Origin: Kiritimatiellia bacterium
GTDB taxonomy: Bacteria; Verrucomicrobiota; Kiritimatiellia; RFP12; UBA3636
NCBI GenBank assembly: GCA_045589455.1
Contig: JAZNPC010000066.1
Span: 127,227 to 191,226, forward strand
Reading direction: 5' to 3'
DNA: 64,000 nucleotides
How positions within the stretch are numbered: the stretch's first letter is position 1; the number at the start of each line of letters is the position of its first letter. The position numbers and the translations under genes are program-made. Positions 59,592-64,000 of the stretch are shown here, piece by piece. The notes under the pieces are model-generated. The model did not search any database. It saw only the letters and a program-made list of their open reading frames with translations, and had not been told where the DNA came from.

Positions 59592-59612
59592 TAGGGGATA
59601 ACTTTGTGGTTA

Positions 59613-59644
59613 GGCGTGCAGACAAGAAATTGTTTGCACGCCTA
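59613..59644 (+). terminator. Hairpin 20 nt after the BspA stop (aggcgtgcagacaagaaattgtttgcacgcct), possible terminator.
   Basis: Perfect 9-bp stem with a weak T-tract (aattgttt). Confidence 0.4.
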
Positions 59645-59649
59645 ATTGT

Positions 59650-60300
59650 TTGCGGTGGAGAGAATTGCCCTCAGTGTTTCTGCGTCCCACCAGTATCATG
59701 GCACACAAATTTGTCGCTCTCGCTCTAGCCTTCGGCGAAACACGGAGCACACGTAGTGTGATTTTCCTGAGAACGGAGACACGGAGAGTATTCTTGGGTT
59801 ATTATTGCTTGCACTTTCCCTCCTTATCTCCGTACTCCGTGTTAAGCGAAAGCAATGAGTGTAATAATTAGCATAGTACTCCTTTGTCCTCCGTACTCCG
59901 TGTTAAGCGTAAGCAATAAGTGTAACGATTTAAACGCTTGCGCTGTGGCCTTCGGCGAAACACGGAGGTAAAAGAGAACGGAGACACGGAGGGGTTCTGC
60001 GGTTATTGTTGATGGTTGCTAGCATAATGCTACCTTGTCCTCCGTGAAAACCACACTATGTGTGTCCGTGTTAGGCGTAAGCAATGAGTGCGAAGAAGGG
60101 ATGCTGCGACGCGGAGGACGCAGCGGACGAGATTAGACGCGATAGCAAAAAACAATTAACTCTACCTAAATTCTTCATTCTTCACTCTTCATTCTTCATT
60201 TATTATAATGCATCGCCTCCGCGTCTCTGCGTCCCTTTGGCGTCACGTGCATCACGATCCGCGTCACGTGCATCACACTAGCAGATGGGTTGCAGAGCAC
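59650..60300. repeat. GC-rich modular repeat cluster downstream of the giant BspA gene, sharing modules in direct orientation with 53505..54420.
   Basis: The ~170-nt module at 59938-60110 is ~90% identical to 54231-54400. Module C, the aattaactctacc...tattataatgc module and the gcgtctctgcgtccctttggcgtcacgtgcatcac module are all shared with the upstream cluster. Confidence 0.75.
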
Positions 60301-60325
60301 TAGCAACAAATATCAACGAGGGGGA

Positions 60326-62419
60326 TTACTTATCCGTGAATGTGCAGCTAACAGTTTTATTGCCTGTTAGTGCTTCACTGCGAGCGTCTGGTTGAGAGAA
60401 GCCTGCGTAGATTGTGAAGGTGTTGGAGCGGATAGCACGCTCGCCATTGTCATCAACTGTTGTGAATGAACGTGGGGCAAGGTCAATCTCTACCTGTTTT
60501 TCTTCTCCAGCAGCAAGGCTTACACGCTTAAATGCACAAAGCCTATGGTTAAGAACATCACAGCCACTCTTTTCATCCTTAATGTAGATTTGAAGAACAT
60601 CCTCTGTGGCAAAGTCGCCTTCATTTTTAACTGTAACAGTGAGCTTTGCATTTGATGTATTGCCAGAAGCAGTGATAGCTGTTGCCTTGCAATTTCCGTA
60701 TGTTAAACCATAGCCAAAAGGATAGAGTGGTTTGCCTTCAAAGTACCTATAGGTCCTATTCTTCAATGAATAATCATGGAAGTCTGGTAAATCTTCATCA
60801 CTATTATAGAATGTAATTGGAAGCTTTCCTGAAGGGGATACTTCACCAAACAAAATGTCAGCAATGTCCTTGCCAGCTCTTGCTCCAGGGTACCATGCTT
60901 GAATAATTGCTCTTGCTTTTTCGTCGTGAATGCGCATGTCCATTGCACTACCAGTCATATTGATAACAACGACTGGCTTGCCACAAGCATATACAGCATC
61001 TGTTAGTTGGCGTTGAGGTTCTGGGTATTGAAGAGATGTTTTATCTCCAATGCCAGCATCACCTTCCTCACCTTCAATTTTTTCATCAAGTCCTAATACG
61101 AGAAATACAATATCTGATTCATCGCAAACAGCTTGTGCTTCAGCTAATTGATCAGAAATTCCCTTCTTGGATAGACCTTGAAGTCTATCCCACCAAACGT
61201 GGCAACCCTCTGAATAGAATACACGAGCAGAGTCACCAACATAGTCTTGGATGCCTTCGAGAACAGTGGTGTATCTAGATGATGTGCCATGGTAGTTACC
61301 CATTAGAGCAATGCGGCTATTTGCATTTGGACCAATTACACCAATCTTCTTTATTGAATCCTTCTTAAGAGGTAGAATGCCATCATTCTTAAGCATAACG
61401 ATGCACTCTTTTGTAGCACGTTTTGCAACATCTAGGTGTTCCTTGCATTCAACTACATCAAAAGGTATTTCGTCTAATTCTGTTTTATCAAACAAACCAA
61501 GAAGGAATCTTGTTGTGAATAGGCGAATGCATGATTGATCAATATACTTCTCATCAATTAAGCCTTGTGCATGAGCATCAAGAATTCTTTGATATGTGCA
61601 GCCGCAATTTACATCACAGCCCTTTTCAAGAGCTAGCTTTACAGATTGCTCAGGTGTTTCTGTGATTTTGTGGGTCTCGTGGAAGTTTTTGATTGCCCAG
61701 CAATCAGAAACATAATGACCTTGGAAGCCCCATTTGCCACGTAGGTATTCATTCATAAGAACCTCGTGTGCGCAGCATGGCTCTCCATTAGTTCTATTAT
61801 AAGCTCCCATAACAGCTTCAACATTTGCTTCTGTTACACATGCTTCAAATGCTGGAAGATATGTTTCTTCCATATCCTTTTTGGAGGCAATGGCATTGAA
61901 GTGATGTCTTTCTGGCTCTGGACCAGAATGCACGGCAAAGTGCTTTGCACAAGCAGCAGCCTTAAGGTATTCGCCATCGCCTTGTACACCCTTTACAAAT
62001 TGCACACCAAGGCGTGAGGTTAGGTATGGGTCTTCGCCATAAGTTTCTTGACCACGACCCCAGCGAGGATCTCTAAAAATATTTACATTTGGTGACCAGA
62101 AGGTTAGACCTTTATAAATATCTCTATCACCACGAGTGCTTTGCATATTGTATTTAGCACGACCCTCTATTGCAATAATCTCGCCAATTTTAAATAGTAG
62201 GTCTTCATCAAAGGTTGCAGCAAGAGCAATAGATTGAGGGAACATTGTGGCAGTTCCTGCACGAGCTACACCATGAAGAGCTTCATTCCACCAATTGTAT
62301 TCAGGGATACCAAGTCTTTCAATAGCAGGTGCATCAAATCTTAATTGTGATGCTTTTTCTTCGAGTGTCATTTTTGCAACAAGCTCGGTTGCACGTTTTT
62401 TTGCTTCTTGTCTATTCAT
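60326..62419 (-). CDS. Glycoside hydrolase family 3 (beta-glucosidase / beta-xylosidase type) with a C-terminal Fn3-like domain.
   Basis: GH3 N-terminal domain (EKASQL, NWWNEALHG, KHFAVHSG), the catalytic Asp region (GYVVSDWGA-like HYVSDCWAI), a GH3 C-terminal domain and an Fn3-like tail. Confidence 0.9.
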   Translation of the reverse strand: MNRQEAKKRATELVAKMTLEEKASQLRFDAPAIERLGIPEYNWWNEALHGVARAGTATMFPQSIALAATFDEDLLFKIGEIIAIEGRAKYNMQSTRGDRDIYKGLTFWSPNVNIFRDPRWGRGQETYGEDPYLTSRLGVQFVKGVQGDGEYLKAAACAKHFAVHSGPEPERHHFNAIASKKDMEETYLPAFEACVTEANVEAVMGAYNRTNGEPCCAHEVLMNEYLRGKWGFQGHYVSDCWAIKNFHETHKITETPEQSVKLALEKGCDVNCGCTYQRILDAHAQGLIDEKYIDQSCIRLFTTRFLLGLFDKTELDEIPFDVVECKEHLDVAKRATKECIVMLKNDGILPLKKDSIKKIGVIGPNANSRIALMGNYHGTSSRYTTVLEGIQDYVGDSARVFYSEGCHVWWDRLQGLSKKGISDQLAEAQAVCDESDIVFLVLGLDEKIEGEEGDAGIGDKTSLQYPEPQRQLTDAVYACGKPVVVINMTGSAMDMRIHDEKARAIIQAWYPGARAGKDIADILFGEVSPSGKLPITFYNSDEDLPDFHDYSLKNRTYRYFEGKPLYPFGYGLTYGNCKATAITASGNTSNAKLTVTVKNEGDFATEDVLQIYIKDEKSGCDVLNHRLCAFKRVSLAAGEEKQVEIDLAPRSFTTVDDNGERAIRSNTFTIYAGFSQPDARSEALTGNKTVSCTFTDK

Positions 62420-62470
62420 GTGTAGATTCTTTTGTTTTAAGTTATAATGTTGAAGCTTGAATTTAAGAGA

Positions 62471-64000
62471 TTAAATTTGTTTTTTTGATCTATTAAAAAA
62501 GATAATTATTCCTGTAATAATAGCCCAAATTACAAGCATGACACAGCTTACGATAAATACCTTAACCCAACCAATCGTAAAGACTAATGTTAAAGCAAAT
62601 GCTGTCCATAAACCTCCACCCATAATTGGCTCGTGAATTAACTGTTTATAACCAAAGGTTGCTACTGCATCTGTTTTATTCTCAGGATCTACCGTGCGGA
62701 GTAGCATCAAGCCTGTAGCTGTAACACCTGTTGCTTGGCCAAATTCAGCAATTGCTTTTTCAAACCAATTTTTCTTAAATAACTTTGGAGATACAAAAAT
62801 TACCATTAGGATACAGAAAATAGCACCAGTTGCAACCATAATGATAAGAGGGATGAAATTATCTGCAACAACACTTAATTGAATTGTGGCAATAGCAGCA
62901 ACCACTAGAAAATCAAGTGAAGCACCAGAAAGACGTTGCATTTGTTCCTTGTTGATTAGATTGCCAATATTAACTTTATTAAGCAATATCTGAAGTATAA
63001 CGCCACCAATCATACACAAAGGGAAGAGAGGAAAACCACTAAAGAAACGTATTTTAGCTTCTGGGAAGAAATAAATTTCTCCAAATTGTAAGCCTTTTAA
63101 AATTCCAAAACCAATTAGAATTGAGATACCAATTAATGAGATGTGGAATGCAAGTGAGTCAATGGAATCAGGGAATACAGTTTGTAAGCCTGCAGAGGGG
63201 CGTTGGTCTGACTTGTATACACCGATTCGCTCCATAAAACTGCGATCGTTGTAGGTTCTGATTTCTTTAACATGTCCCTTTTTTAGTGCCCAGTTGACCA
63301 TAGCCATTCCTGCAATAATACCGATTATCATGCCAAATGTTGCAACTGTAAATCCTAGGGCTACACCATCCTCCCAATTGAAATTTTGAAACACCTCAGT
63401 TACACCGCCAACAGTGCCATGTCCACCTTGAAATCCAATTTCCAATAGGTTGCCAAAAGCAGGGTTAAGGTTGAACATAGGTAAAAAAATGAAGCCGGCT
63501 AATCCAAGACCTATTACATATTGACCCCAAGCGAGGAGTTGTCCCATACAAATTTGTGGGAATGCAGTTTTAAAAACAGTTTTAAGTTTTGGAGTAACTG
63601 TCCCAAGAAATAGGGTAGCAAAGATTACATTAATCATAAAACCAGGAATTTTCTTTGTTCCTGCAATGATTTCATCGTACGTGATTGGATTTTTGTTTGA
63701 AGCTCCAATTTTATTCTTTGATTTATTTGCAATGCTTTCAGATTCGTTACTAGTGTTCGACGTTTTTACTTCCGGTTCAATTTCTTTAGCTGGTTCACTA
63801 ACCTTCTCAGTAATTGAGCTGGCTTCTATTACCTCGTTGACGATGTCATCATTGTTTGATTCGTTGGCGATATAATATCCCCATATAGAAAACAAGATAA
63901 GTCCAAGAATTCCTCCAATTACAGAACTAGGTAGATATAACTTTTGGAGCAATGGTATTGTTGTTCGTAATATTTTTCCTAATATAAGTAGTAGGGAGAG
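62471..64000 (-). CDS. gltS: Sodium/glutamate symporter GltS-family transporter; 5' end runs past the window edge.
   Basis: GltS-like N-terminus (LLILGKILRTTIPLLQKLYLPSSVIGG), the GltS signature GFQGGHGTVGG and the C-terminal GQATGVTATGLMLLRTV. The frame is open up to position 64000; the ORF-track start at 63952 is a TTG. A ~70-aa hydrophilic insert follows TM1. Confidence 0.6.
   Translation of the reverse strand, partial: LSLLLILGKILRTTIPLLQKLYLPSSVIGGILGLILFSIWGYYIANESNNDDIVNEVIEASSITEKVSEPAKEIEPEVKTSNTSNESESIANKSKNKIGASNKNPITYDEIIAGTKKIPGFMINVIFATLFLGTVTPKLKTVFKTAFPQICMGQLLAWGQYVIGLGLAGFIFLPMFNLNPAFGNLLEIGFQGGHGTVGGVTEVFQNFNWEDGVALGFTVATFGMIIGIIAGMAMVNWALKKGHVKEIRTYNDRSFMERIGVYKSDQRPSAGLQTVFPDSIDSLAFHISLIGISILIGFGILKGLQFGEIYFFPEAKIRFFSGFPLFPLCMIGGVILQILLNKVNIGNLINKEQMQRLSGASLDFLVVAAIATIQLSVVADNFIPLIIMVATGAIFCILMVIFVSPKLFKKNWFEKAIAEFGQATGVTATGLMLLRTVDPENKTDAVATFGYKQLIHEPIMGGGLWTAFALTLVFTIGWVKVFIVSCVMLVIWAIITGIIIFFNRSKKQI

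Noticed and set aside
63953-64000. TTG start at 63952 for the GltS-like gene
   Set aside because: The frame stays open to the window edge and the upstream residues (LLILGKILRTTIP) align with the GltS N-terminus. The true start is beyond position 64000.

Overview
This is an AT-rich (~40% GC) bacterial chromosomal segment, mostly ordinary genes interrupted by several accessory-looking stretches. The gene repertoire fits a host-associated anaerobe, possibly of the Planctomycetes–Verrucomicrobia–Chlamydiae (PVC) superphylum, with a spirochaete as an alternative; the taxon cannot be fixed from sequence alone. Supporting features are an ECF-sigma/Ser-Thr-kinase pair, a sigma-54 activator with an FHA domain, a GspE-family ATPase and many BspA-type leucine-rich-repeat surface proteins.

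Housekeeping content:
- An ABC transporter tail and permease, and dut.
- An ECF sigma factor overlapping a membrane Ser/Thr kinase.
- priA and dnaB.
- tRNA-Phe with a clear promoter and terminator.
- leuA, a GltS-type symporter, a NifU–NifS–(sigma-54 activator)–YraN–GspE–unknown–Mrp string on the minus strand, and Nnr.
- Several carbohydrate-active enzymes (GH3, a GH78-like hydrolase, a sialate O-acetylesterase, SGNH and HAD hydrolases, and an esterase fused to a CE4 deacetylase).

Accessory content:
1. Downstream of tRNA-Phe sits a HuH (Y1, IS200/RAYT-like) transposase homologue fused to a DprA-like domain. It is bracketed by GC-rich REP-like palindromes in inverted orientation, a tandem 34-bp repeat and twin hairpins, and is followed by an STAND-like ATPase.
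2. A 12-kb cluster of four paralogous secreted proteins (16282..28419) includes a 1421-aa protein with a PA14 domain. All four end in the same short hydrophobic tail, P-[LT]-x-I-I-[IF]-[KR]-stop, a candidate undescribed C-terminal sorting or anchoring signal. An AAA_14/DUF4143 ATPase gene flanked by three copies of a 41-bp repeat is inserted in this cluster.
3. Two further BspA LRR genes are present, one 1551 aa and built from near-identical DNA repeats.
4. A family of GC-rich modular interspersed repeats ("CACGGAT", "GACGCAGAG", "CCTTCGGCGAAACACGGAG" modules) brackets both the giant BspA gene and a 3-gene block as direct repeats.
5. A candidate leucine leader peptide with mutually exclusive antiterminator and terminator hairpins lies upstream of leuA.

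No rRNA genes and no CRISPR array were found.
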